64,000 nt of DNA from a virus (Duplodnaviria; Heunggongvirae; Uroviricota; Caudoviricetes). The notes beneath the pieces are model-generated. The model was not told where the DNA came from. It did not search any database and worked only from the letters and a program-made list of their open reading frames with translations. A program made the translations under genes and the position numbers. How positions within the stretch are numbered: position 1 is the first letter of the stretch; every line of letters begins with the position of its first letter. The DNA lies in the IMG/VR virus record IMGVR_UViG_2627853872_000003. One strand, 5' to 3'. This document shows positions 54,737-63,605 of this stretch, in pieces.

Positions 54737-55192
54737 TCAGCCGAACAGAACCAGCGTCACAGCGACCGGCGAAGCCTCTGCGACCTCACGAATGATCTGC
54801 TCGGCCACGGCAGGATCCAGACCGCCGATACCGCCGCCGATAAGTGGTAGCGCGACAGAACCGATCCCCTGCTTATGCGCCAGGTCTAGCCCCTGAGTCA
54901 GAGATGCGCGCAGCCACTGCTCGGTCGCATCGGGACCTGGCTGATCCTGACTCGCACAGTGGATGATGGGGCGACCCAGCCCGGCGTCACGGCTCGTGTT
55001 ACGAGTGAACACGGCCGACCCGGGCGTGATCCGCCCCTGCTGCGCAAGGATGCCGTACTGAGTCATCGCGTCGGGATAGCGGTCCGCCATCACCGAGGCC
55101 AGGCCCCCGGTGACGCCCTGGCAATTCACTCCGTGCGCCAATGCCTCAGCTGGATGGGCGAACAAGTCGCCGGTCTCGACGGTGAAGCTCAT
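54737..55192 (-). CDS. Macro domain (ADP-ribose binding/processing) protein
   Basis: GDLFAHPAEALAHGVNCQGVTGGLA, GSAVFT, ALPLIGGGIGGLDP are typical MacroD/YmdB-type motifs. Confidence 0.75.
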   Translation of the reverse strand: MSFTVETGDLFAHPAEALAHGVNCQGVTGGLASVMADRYPDAMTQYGILAQQGRITPGSAVFTRNTSRDAGLGRPIIHCASQDQPGPDATEQWLRASLTQGLDLAHKQGIGSVALPLIGGGIGGLDPAVAEQIIREVAEASPVAVTLVLFG

Positions 55193-56262
55193 CGATGCCT
55201 CCTCAGACTCGATCCGAATGGGGGACGTGACAGATTGTCTTGTATGTCCCCCAGCTGCCAGGGTTCAATGGCACGGGCCCGGCTCAGTTTTGCGAGCTTG
55301 CCGAGCAGTAGGTCCGACATCTTGTCGCCCTGAGCTTCGGCGTCACAGTCACCTTGGACGTCTACGAGAGCCGGATACCTTGCGTCGATGTGGAAGCCGA
55401 CCATTGGGGTTGGATACAGATCCGATGGCAACTTGCGCAGCATTTTTCCGTACGGTCGGCCAGCCGTTATGTGAGCGGCCTCGTCAGTCCCAATCAGCGC
55501 ACGTGAGTGCTCCGGTCTGTTGACTCTCAGTGAGAACTTGAATCCCAGTTGAGCATCCAGACCTTCAAGCGTCGACTCGGAGAAGTGTTCCCCGGCCAGA
55601 ACCACGTGCACTCCGGTCAAGCCTCCGTCCAGTGCGATGCCCATGAGCCGGTATCGCTTCTCTGGACTCTCCTGCAGGACCCAGCAGAAATCGTCGATGA
55701 CCGCTACCAGATCTGGTAGTGGCGGCCAGTCGCCTTCGACAGAGTGTGCACAGCGTCTGCGGCGGTACTCAGCGCTACTTCGGCATCGATGTAGTGCGAG
55801 CAGTTTTGTGCGCCGTTGAATCTCCTCGGCGATCGCGGAGATCACCATGTCAAAGGATTCTTCGGAGGAGTTGTCGGCCCACACGTTAGCGACCGTGTGG
55901 GGCAACTTTTCGAAACCTCGGAACATAGCGGGCCCCATGCCGTCAGCCAAGAACAGCGAAAGCCGATCCGGCCCATACCTGGTCGCGAGCGACAAGACCA
56001 TCGATCGCAGGAAGTAACTTCTTCCTGCCCCGGTGCGCCCCTGCACGGCACCGTTGGTTCCGTCACGTGAAAAGTCCAGGGTGCTCAGCTCTGGGATAAG
56101 CGCATCGCCCACACGCAGATGGCCTATCGGTATCGCGACCGAGTCAGCGTTAGCGTTCCGCGCCCATGCCGCCTCGGGGTCGTAGGTTTCGATGTCGCTG
56201 ATACCGAGCACGTCGAAGAAGCCCGGAACCCTGCCCTCATTTTCTGTATCGATGGTGCTCAT
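55189..56262 (-). CDS. FtsK/SpoIIIE-like single-domain ATPase
   Basis: Walker A GRTGAGRSYFLRSMVLSL, Walker B VAVIDDF. Stop overlaps the macro gene start (ATGA), indicating translational coupling. Confidence 0.7.
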   Translation of the reverse strand: MSTIDTENEGRVPGFFDVLGISDIETYDPEAAWARNANADSVAIPIGHLRVGDALIPELSTLDFSRDGTNGAVQGRTGAGRSYFLRSMVLSLATRYGPDRLSLFLADGMGPAMFRGFEKLPHTVANVWADNSSEESFDMVISAIAEEIQRRTKLLALHRCRSSAEYRRRRCAHSVEGDWPPLPDLVAVIDDFCWVLQESPEKRYRLMGIALDGGLTGVHVVLAGEHFSESTLEGLDAQLGFKFSLRVNRPEHSRALIGTDEAAHITAGRPYGKMLRKLPSDLYPTPMVGFHIDARYPALVDVQGDCDAEAQGDKMSDLLLGKLAKLSRARAIEPWQLGDIQDNLSRPPFGSSLRRHR

Positions 56263-57050
56263 GTGGCATCGTGATCCTCATCGTCCTCCTCATCCATTCC
56301 GAGGGAGACGGCTACGGGGACTTCCGGGTCGTCAACGTCCAGATCCGGGTGATACGTGTGCGCAGACAGCACCGCTCGAAACACTCCAGCACACGTGAGG
56401 GTGACAATCGATGCTGGGTGCTCTCGCGTGTACAGCTCGACGGGTTCCTTGAATACCGCGGCGATAGCGCTCATCTTCTTGATCACGTCCGAGCCGAACG
56501 CCTGGACCTTGCCGACCTTCAGCGGTGCCGTCGTCTGGTCGTCACCAAGACCGCGCGTGCTCAGAATTTCCTTGGCGCCGCGGGCCGACAGTCGAGAGAT
56601 CGTCGATGCGATCGGGAAGTCGTCGACGTCTTGCAACGGGATGTAGTGCCGCGAGTCCGCTTCTCCAGGGGCTCCGTCGGTGAGTGTGCGCATGAGCAGC
56701 GTGGAGCCGTTATCGACGACCGACAACTCGACATCACACTGAGATTCCTTGTCGATCTTCTTGACGGCCGACGCCGCGTTCTTGGCTGCCGACAGCAACT
56801 GGGAAGCCTGATCGGTCGAGAACTTCACCAGAGGCAGCGTTCCGTCACATCCGAAGATCGCTTGGCCCGGACTGTTTCCGTCCGAGGCGATGAACGCCAA
56901 GCTGTTCTGCGTCCCAACTTCGCCGGTCTCGACGCGCGTGGAGCCCAGTACGACAGCGGCATGCGTGGGGTCATCGTTGCCTGCATACGCCATGACCTTG
57001 GCTGCTGAGAGTCCTTGCACGAATAGTTGGTTGTCGATAACAACGGTCAT
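56259..57050 (-). CDS. Hypothetical protein with acidic C-terminal tail
   Basis: 263 aa ending DEEDDEDHDAT. 4-nt overlap with the downstream FtsK-like gene. Two repeated about 120-aa halves are possible (clamp-like?), which is unsupported. Confidence 0.45.
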   Translation of the reverse strand: MTVVIDNQLFVQGLSAAKVMAYAGNDDPTHAAVVLGSTRVETGEVGTQNSLAFIASDGNSPGQAIFGCDGTLPLVKFSTDQASQLLSAAKNAASAVKKIDKESQCDVELSVVDNGSTLLMRTLTDGAPGEADSRHYIPLQDVDDFPIASTISRLSARGAKEILSTRGLGDDQTTAPLKVGKVQAFGSDVIKKMSAIAAVFKEPVELYTREHPASIVTLTCAGVFRAVLSAHTYHPDLDVDDPEVPVAVSLGMDEEDDEDHDAT

Positions 57051-57199
57051 GTCCCGTCGTCCCTTCCATTGATTGAAACGGCGCCTGGTCGTTCACGCGT
57101 TGTGTCCGCGCTAGATGAAGCGAGCCGCAATCTAGGGCTGATCGACCGACGATCCAGACAGCGGCGCGTTGCCGGAAATGCCTGAGAGCACACCCACGA

Positions 57200-57487
57200 T
57201 CACGCATCGCTCAAATCGCCCCTATCAATTGCCCCGCTGACCGGTTTCATCAGCAGATCCGATCCAATGCGGATCCGGGTCGTGGAGTTGTCGCCAACGC
57301 GCGTGCGTACGCGCAAGACTGCCGTTGCCCCGGATTCGCTCAATGTCACGCTCAGAGGTGCGTTCAGTGCGTCGATCAGCACCTCGCTCACACGACCCGT
57401 CAGAATTCCGCTCAAATCTGCAGTCAATGTTGTGATACGGGTTAAACCGCCACGGCGGAACAGCTTTTCGCGATCCTGCACGATCAA
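57200..57487 (-). CDS. Hypothetical small protein
   Basis: 95-aa ORF. Confidence 0.4.
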   Translation of the reverse strand: MIVQDREKLFRRGGLTRITTLTADLSGILTGRVSEVLIDALNAPLSVTLSESGATAVLRVRTRVGDNSTTRIRIGSDLLMKPVSGAIDRGDLSDA

Positions 57488-57668
57488 CGCTCAGATGTCC
57501 GCCCAGTCTTTACATCGCTCAGCTGCGTGCTCAATGCGACGATACGAAACCTCCGGCTGCGGCCCGGCGCACGAAGACCGTGAAACAGGGACGTGACATA
57601 CATAGCGCCGCGGCCGCTGTCGTGTCGCGTGCGATCTGTTTCCAGGTTCCGCCGCACACTGCGCCACC

Positions 57669-58445
57669 ATGAGCTCGCTGAAATCTCCACCTGAAAACGA
57701 CAAGCTGCTGAGTCAGCTCCTACAGACGCTATTCGCGCTGGCTGCCGTGGCGGTCATTGTGGTGCTGATCGTGAACGGCACCTTGTTCGGCAAGGACAAC
57801 CGGATACCGTCGGAGCTCAGCAAAATCACCGGTCAGGAACAACGCGATGAAGGAGCGCCACCGAGCGAATCGACAATAAGCGGTACCGGAACTCCCAGTC
57901 CTGATCCATCCACACTGACCGTCGCTGCGCCCGGATCCAAAAATGGATACGCCCGAGCACGATTCGGACAACCGTGGACAGATGACGTCGACATCGAAGG
58001 TGGGCACAACGGCTGCAGTACCCGAGACGATATTTTGCAGCGCGACCTCACTGGCATAACCCTTTCCGGCTCATGCAAAGTCATGTCCGGAACACTTGCC
58101 GACCCGTACACCGGACAGGTCATTTCGTTCGTCTACGGCAAGAAGACATCCGCACTCGTACAGATCGATCATCTGGTGAGTTTGGCGAACGTTTGGGTCT
58201 CCGGCGCAGCGACCTGGGACTTGCCCGAACTCAAGAAGATCGCGAATGATCCACTGAATCTGCTTGCCGTCAACGGATCTTCAAACGAGAGCAAGGGCGA
58301 GAAATCAGCCGATCAGTGGCTGCCGGAAAACACAGCTTTCGACTGCTCGTACGTCAAGCGCCAAGTGATGGTGAAGAACAAGTACCGGCTGACGGTGACA
58401 GCTGCCGAGAAAGCCACTATGCAGCAGTTTTACGGCGCCTGCTGA
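57669..58445 (+). CDS. Membrane-anchored DUF1524/HNH-like (GmrSD C-terminal type) nuclease
   Basis: N-terminal TM helix LFALAAVAVIVVLIV. Motifs IDHLVSLANVW...NLLAVNGSSNESKGEKSADQWLP resemble the His-Me finger DUF1524 family. Confidence 0.55.
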   Translation: MSSLKSPPENDKLLSQLLQTLFALAAVAVIVVLIVNGTLFGKDNRIPSELSKITGQEQRDEGAPPSESTISGTGTPSPDPSTLTVAAPGSKNGYARARFGQPWTDDVDIEGGHNGCSTRDDILQRDLTGITLSGSCKVMSGTLADPYTGQVISFVYGKKTSALVQIDHLVSLANVWVSGAATWDLPELKKIANDPLNLLAVNGSSNESKGEKSADQWLPENTAFDCSYVKRQVMVKNKYRLTVTAAEKATMQQFYGAC

Positions 58446-58501
58446 ACGGCTCGACGTGCCGTACCCTTCGGCCTCGTTGACCGGGATCTACGGTGCCCGC
58501 C

Positions 58502-59236
58502 ATGACAAACACACTTACGCGTTTAGCCGCTGTCGGGTTCAGCGCCGCCGTCGCGCTCCTGGCCGTCGGATGCCAACAGCAGCGGCCCAGCGAGAACACG
58601 GCGGCCAGCGCTTATGTTTCCGCGACGGCAGGAGCCGAAACCCACCTTGATGTGAACCAATTGATGAATGCTGCGATAGCAACAGCCCGGGCGATGCGGT
58701 CCGCACACCTGATGTTCTCCAGTACTGGAGTTACAGATCTGCTGGCGAAGGCCTACGCCGCTGACGTGACCCTCACCCCGATCGTTGCAGCGCGGGGAAA
58801 CGCCACGCTGAAGATCAACGGAGACTACAGCCAGACGCAGTTCCAGACTGTAGAGGCGGATTTGTGGATCCAGGACGCCAACGGCACATTCGTCGATGCC
58901 GGGCCGGCGCAGGGCACTCTGAACCCTGCGGCCCTCTTGGACCCACAACACGGAGTCGCCAGTGTGCTCGCCGCCGTGGCATCTCCTGTAATTGTTGATC
59001 CCAAGGCACACGCCGGTCCGGACGAGGCTGTGAAAGTCGCTGGGACTTTGTCCGCCGCGGCAGCCAGCGTGCTGGTGCCGCGGTCCTCGCTGGGAGACGC
59101 GACGGATTTTTCGGTGGCCGTGTGGCTGGCTCCAGTCGACCCGCATCCCCTTCTCCAGATAATCGTCACCGTCGGTGAAGGATCACTGACCCTCAGAGCC
59201 GATAGGGCCGAGCCTTTCGCCGTTTCGGTCCCGTAG
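58502..59236 (+). CDS. Lipoprotein (LppX/LprAFG-like)
   Basis: MTNTLTRLAAVGFSAAVALLAVGC lipobox. Size (about 244 aa) and composition fit the family. Confidence 0.5.
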   Translation: MTNTLTRLAAVGFSAAVALLAVGCQQQRPSENTAASAYVSATAGAETHLDVNQLMNAAIATARAMRSAHLMFSSTGVTDLLAKAYAADVTLTPIVAARGNATLKINGDYSQTQFQTVEADLWIQDANGTFVDAGPAQGTLNPAALLDPQHGVASVLAAVASPVIVDPKAHAGPDEAVKVAGTLSAAAASVLVPRSSLGDATDFSVAVWLAPVDPHPLLQIIVTVGEGSLTLRADRAEPFAVSVP

Positions 59237-59252
59237 ACGGATCCGAACGATA

Positions 59253-59289
59253 CAGCGCCCCGGCGCCTTTCACAGATACCGGGGCGCTG
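59253..59289. terminator. Bidirectional terminator hairpin
   Basis: cagcgccccgg ... ccggggcgctg (11-bp perfect stem, 15-nt loop) between convergent genes. Confidence 0.65.
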
Positions 59290-59307
59290 CGCTGAGCAAC
59301 ATCGATG

Positions 59308-62300
59308 CTATGCAGACTGCCGAAGCGCCTGCTGCTCTTGCTGCGATCGCCGGGCCACCGCGTCGACGTCGATTCGTGCGGTCTGCACCATCACGTAGTC
59401 GTCGGCGTCGACGATGATCCGCCCCTGTCCGGCACGCCAGCGCATCGGCTTGAGGTGGTACGCCTGACCGATCGGATCGCCGGACGACGGCGGGCTGGCC
59501 AGCTGCAGGATGGGCGCCATCATGTTCTCGCGCAACGCCACCAGGAACTCAGATGACTTCACCCTGCCCGCGAACCCGCTGCTGCTGTCCGAGACGATGA
59601 AGTGCACGCCGAGGTCCGTTCCGGTAGCGAGCAGTTCACTGACGCTCACGCCGCCGTATCGCACCTCATCGAACACCGACTTGGCCGAGTGCCCCTTGGA
59701 CATGTTGGCGAAGTTGTCGACAAACACGTACACCTCGGGTCCGGTGAAGAACGTCCGCGAGCTCAGTTGCTCGGCGGTCGCATCATCGGTGGGACGGCGC
59801 GACCCCATCAGCTTGACCAACATCTCCGCTGTGTCAGCGATGTCCTCGGCGCTGGTGACATATCCCGGTGGACGTATCCGCTCGCGAACCATCGCTCCGT
59901 CGCGCTCCACTTCCCGGAACTTGGCAGGCTTGACGAATCCTCGCGCGTACAGACGATCTCGTTCTCCTAGGTGCTGCCGCAACGGATCGATCACAATGAT
60001 GATCGCGTCCTTCGGGGTGAATTGACGCATCACCGACTCCATGACGCTGCGCAGCAAGTTGGTCTTGCCGGCGCCCTTCTCGCTGTAGACCAACAAGTTC
60101 TGCGAGAAGTTCGGAACCGGAGCCAAGGACAAGGTGTCCATCCGCACGCCCAGCGGGATGATCGTGTTCACAGGGTGGCGGTCCTTGTCGCTGAGCGGGG
60201 CGAAGGCAGACCACACCTGCTCGTAGTCGATCACCGGGTCTGCCGGCAGCACCCTGACCACGCGCTGCTCGGCCAGTTCAGCTGATAGATGCAGGCACAG
60301 GTTCCGAATCTCTTCACCATGATCGTGGATCTTGAAATCCTTCATACCCTTGACATAACCGTCCTCTTCGATCTCCCGGAAGATCGGAACAGCGGTGCGG
60401 CACTGCAGCAGTGTCAGCGGGTCCAAAGACCGACCAGGCTGATCCACCGGAATGCGCTCGCTCAGGGTGAAGCGCACTTCGGAAGAAACCTTGGCCCCGG
60501 CGTAGTCCGTCGACGGCAGCTGAACACCGCCGTTGACCTCCGCGGTGTAGTGAGTCACGTTGCCCGCGTTACCCGACCCTCCCGAGTCCGCGGTGTACAC
60601 CAGGTGCACACCCACAGCTGCACCCTTATCGAGGATCGGGCGCAGCAGCTGCGCACGCACAGCGCGGTCATCCTTCTCACCGAGGAATCCACCAATGCCG
60701 TCAATGGCCACAATCACGTACCCATACGGGTCATCTGCCACAGGGGTATTGGCCTTGGACGCCAAATATGCGTCAACCGAGGATGCTTGGCGGTCGACCA
60801 TCTCGCGGCGTCGCACTTCGATCAAGCGTGAAGCCTCACCGAGAATGCGCGCGGTGGTCTCGTCGTCTTCCGGTCGTGCGTACGCCGCGACATTGGGGCT
60901 GTCTTTGACCTCTCCGAGCTTGCCGGTGCCGTAGTCGGCGAGCATGAATGCCAAACGCTCCGGGCCGTGTTGAATGCAGCCGCACACGACCAGTGTCTGA
61001 AGCAGCGTGGTACGCCCCGACTTGCCTGCACCGGCGATCACCTGGTGCGGGATGTTCCCGCCGAAGTCCATGAACCACGGCAGTCGCGTGTGCTTTTCGG
61101 GGGCATCAAGGTCGCCCACGCGGATTTTCAACCCCTTCACCTCTCGGGTCAGATTGAGCGTCGGCAGCGACAAAGGCTCGCGCAGCGACGGCTTCCACAG
61201 GTCCAAGGTGCGCATATCGGACAGTCGCGAGGCCTTCTCCAGGAGCACGTCGGCCATCTTCTCGCCGAATTGTTCCTCGGTGACCTCCACCGTGTCTTCT
61301 CCGACCTCCGGAGTGAATCCCCGGGTAGTGAACAGCGTGAACGGAACTACAGGCTCTGCAACTACACCTGAGCCGTCCGCCCGGGAGCGGGCACGCTCTG
61401 TCACGGTTCGTCGGATGTAGGGGGCCTCGTGGTGGAACGCCGCCACTTCGACAGGAGCTGCGTCAGTGGTGAACTTGCGCAGGATCTTTCCCTTGAGGCC
61501 ACCTTTCTTGCCCACCATCGTCGCTGCGTCGTCGGTGCCGAGCATCGCGATGGAATAGCTCGCGCTGTTAACCGACAGCGAGTAGCGGAAACTCAAGTGC
61601 TCAAAGAGGTCACCGATCACGTCCTTGTTGATGAACTGGCTGCACATCACCAGGTGCATACCCAGCGAGCGACCAACGCGACCGACGCGGATCAACAGAT
61701 CCAAGTAGCCGGGACGTTCCTTGAGAAACTCACCGAACTCGTCGATGATGACGATCAAGTCCGGAAGCGGAGGCCAGCTTGGATCGTTCGGGTGCTTCTT
61801 CTGCTGCTCCCGGTAGTCGAAGATGTCCTTGCAACCCTTTTCGGTGGTGATGAACTCCTCGCGGCGATTCACTTCGCCGTTGATCACCGCACCGAGCCGG
61901 TCGACCAGCTCCATCGTGTTCTCAAGGTTGGAGATAGATGCCACGACATGCGGCAGCCCGTCCATTCCCAGGAACGTTGCGCCGCCCTTGAAGTCGGCCA
62001 GGATCAGTGCGACTTTGTCCGGGCCGTACATGGCGATGAGCGCCAGCACTATCGCGCGCAGGAAGTACGACTTACCCGATCCGGTACGTCCGGCCACCGC
62101 GCCGTGTGGGCCGTTGCCGTCGCGGTTCTCCTCGTAGAAGTTCAGGTAGGTCAGCTCTGAGGTGAGTTCGTCGCCCTTGCGGTAGTAGCCGAACGGAACC
62201 TTGATTTCATCGGTATAGGCGTTGCGCTTCCACACTTCGATCAAGTCGTGGGTCTCGATATCGCCGATCTCGAGTACTTCGAAGAAGTCCGGAATGTGGT

Positions 62301-63585
62301 CGGGGCGATCGTCGACGACGGCTCCGTCGACGCCGTAGTTGCGTGGGCGCCACTTGTACATGGCCCGTGCGAATACCTCGGCTTGCGCGATCGTTACCGA
62401 GTCCGCGGCGGCCGCGTCGTAGTCGTCGACTGTTGAAACACGGCCGTCCTTGAGCAGAATGCGGCTCTTCATCTTTACGGGATCGGTGACCAGGTCTTGG
62501 CCGTAGCGCACCACGAACCAGGTCATGCCGTTGACTCCGCCGGAGATGTTCGCCGGCCATGACACCATCGCGTCGGGCAGATCGATGATCAGTAGCAGAT
62601 GTGGTGGGCGATCGTCGCTGTCCTCGTTGCGCATCCGCTCGATCTGCGCCGCGTGCATCGCTGCGAATTCGTCGAGGCTGCGCCATGTGAGCAGCCGTGC
62701 GCCCAACCCCTTTTCAACCCGCGTCACATCTTCGGTATGTGGCAGCCACTTCACCCATTCCCACGTCTTGGGGTCGTTGGTCACCACGCCGATGTTCAGA
62801 TCACTGGGCCGATGGTTGAATGCCAGCGACATAAGCATGGCCCGTACAAGCCCTAGCCTGCCTTCCTCGTCACCGCGCATCGCATACGCAGGAAACTCGT
62901 TGAGCCGCACATCGATCGGAAGGTTTGCCACTACAGACAACGTGTTGATGGCGCGGTCGTAGCGCACCATTGTCGCCGGTTCCTGCATCTCGGGGACGAC
63001 GTCGTCCGCCTGGATCAGCTTGGGATACAAGGGCGCCACACCGATCCCGACACGGGCACGCAGGTATGGGTTGGACGTCAGATTCTTGACATCCGGGTCC
63101 GATTCATCGGCTGGCGCAACTACCCGGCCGATGTCGAGATTACGGTCGGCCTGCCACATCTCGTGAGTGCCGACCAGCGACAGAAGGTCAGCCGGATGCG
63201 GGAAGCACATGGTACGTAGGTCGTGCATAGCGCGGCCCTGGTCGTAGATCTCGAAACGCCTCTCGCGCAGCTCGAGATCGTATTCCTCTATCTCTTGGTC
63301 GATGTCGCCCCCGCTGCTGCCCTGGTTGCGCATCTGCATGGCGTACATCAGCGGCATCATGAGCATGAGCGGCATGCTGGAGAGCATGGTGACGATGGCG
63401 CGCTGACCGGTGACCAGTGACATCACCACCATGCCGATCATCGCGGCGACCATGATCAAAGGCATTGCGCGAAGCCAAATGGGCCGCTTGTCCGGAGCGG
63501 GCAAGCCGAGCGGTTCCTTGATCTGCACACCGGTGGGCAACAGCTGAACTGACTCTCGCGGCGGAGCCCGGAAAACGGTAAACAT
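59308..63585 (-). CDS. EccC/EssC-like type VII secretion FtsK/SpoIIIE triple-ATPase
   Basis: 1425 aa. Two N-terminal TM helices. ATPase domain 1 GRTGSGKSYFLRAIVLAL / IIDEFGEF, domain 2 AGAGKSGRTTLLQTL, domain 3 SEKGAGKTNLLRSVMESV. Domains 2 and 3 are degenerate, as in EccC. Confidence 0.85.
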   Translation of the reverse strand: MFTVFRAPPRESVQLLPTGVQIKEPLGLPAPDKRPIWLRAMPLIMVAAMIGMVVMSLVTGQRAIVTMLSSMPLMLMMPLMYAMQMRNQGSSGGDIDQEIEEYDLELRERRFEIYDQGRAMHDLRTMCFPHPADLLSLVGTHEMWQADRNLDIGRVVAPADESDPDVKNLTSNPYLRARVGIGVAPLYPKLIQADDVVPEMQEPATMVRYDRAINTLSVVANLPIDVRLNEFPAYAMRGDEEGRLGLVRAMLMSLAFNHRPSDLNIGVVTNDPKTWEWVKWLPHTEDVTRVEKGLGARLLTWRSLDEFAAMHAAQIERMRNEDSDDRPPHLLLIIDLPDAMVSWPANISGGVNGMTWFVVRYGQDLVTDPVKMKSRILLKDGRVSTVDDYDAAAADSVTIAQAEVFARAMYKWRPRNYGVDGAVVDDRPDHIPDFFEVLEIGDIETHDLIEVWKRNAYTDEIKVPFGYYRKGDELTSELTYLNFYEENRDGNGPHGAVAGRTGSGKSYFLRAIVLALIAMYGPDKVALILADFKGGATFLGMDGLPHVVASISNLENTMELVDRLGAVINGEVNRREEFITTEKGCKDIFDYREQQKKHPNDPSWPPLPDLIVIIDEFGEFLKERPGYLDLLIRVGRVGRSLGMHLVMCSQFINKDVIGDLFEHLSFRYSLSVNSASYSIAMLGTDDAATMVGKKGGLKGKILRKFTTDAAPVEVAAFHHEAPYIRRTVTERARSRADGSGVVAEPVVPFTLFTTRGFTPEVGEDTVEVTEEQFGEKMADVLLEKASRLSDMRTLDLWKPSLREPLSLPTLNLTREVKGLKIRVGDLDAPEKHTRLPWFMDFGGNIPHQVIAGAGKSGRTTLLQTLVVCGCIQHGPERLAFMLADYGTGKLGEVKDSPNVAAYARPEDDETTARILGEASRLIEVRRREMVDRQASSVDAYLASKANTPVADDPYGYVIVAIDGIGGFLGEKDDRAVRAQLLRPILDKGAAVGVHLVYTADSGGSGNAGNVTHYTAEVNGGVQLPSTDYAGAKVSSEVRFTLSERIPVDQPGRSLDPLTLLQCRTAVPIFREIEEDGYVKGMKDFKIHDHGEEIRNLCLHLSAELAEQRVVRVLPADPVIDYEQVWSAFAPLSDKDRHPVNTIIPLGVRMDTLSLAPVPNFSQNLLVYSEKGAGKTNLLRSVMESVMRQFTPKDAIIIVIDPLRQHLGERDRLYARGFVKPAKFREVERDGAMVRERIRPPGYVTSAEDIADTAEMLVKLMGSRRPTDDATAEQLSSRTFFTGPEVYVFVDNFANMSKGHSAKSVFDEVRYGGVSVSELLATGTDLGVHFIVSDSSSGFAGRVKSSEFLVALRENMMAPILQLASPPSSGDPIGQAYHLKPMRWRAGQGRIIVDADDYVMVQTARIDVDAVARRSQQEQQALRQSA

Positions 63586-63605
63586 GGGTGTTCCTTCCTT
63601 GGCGG

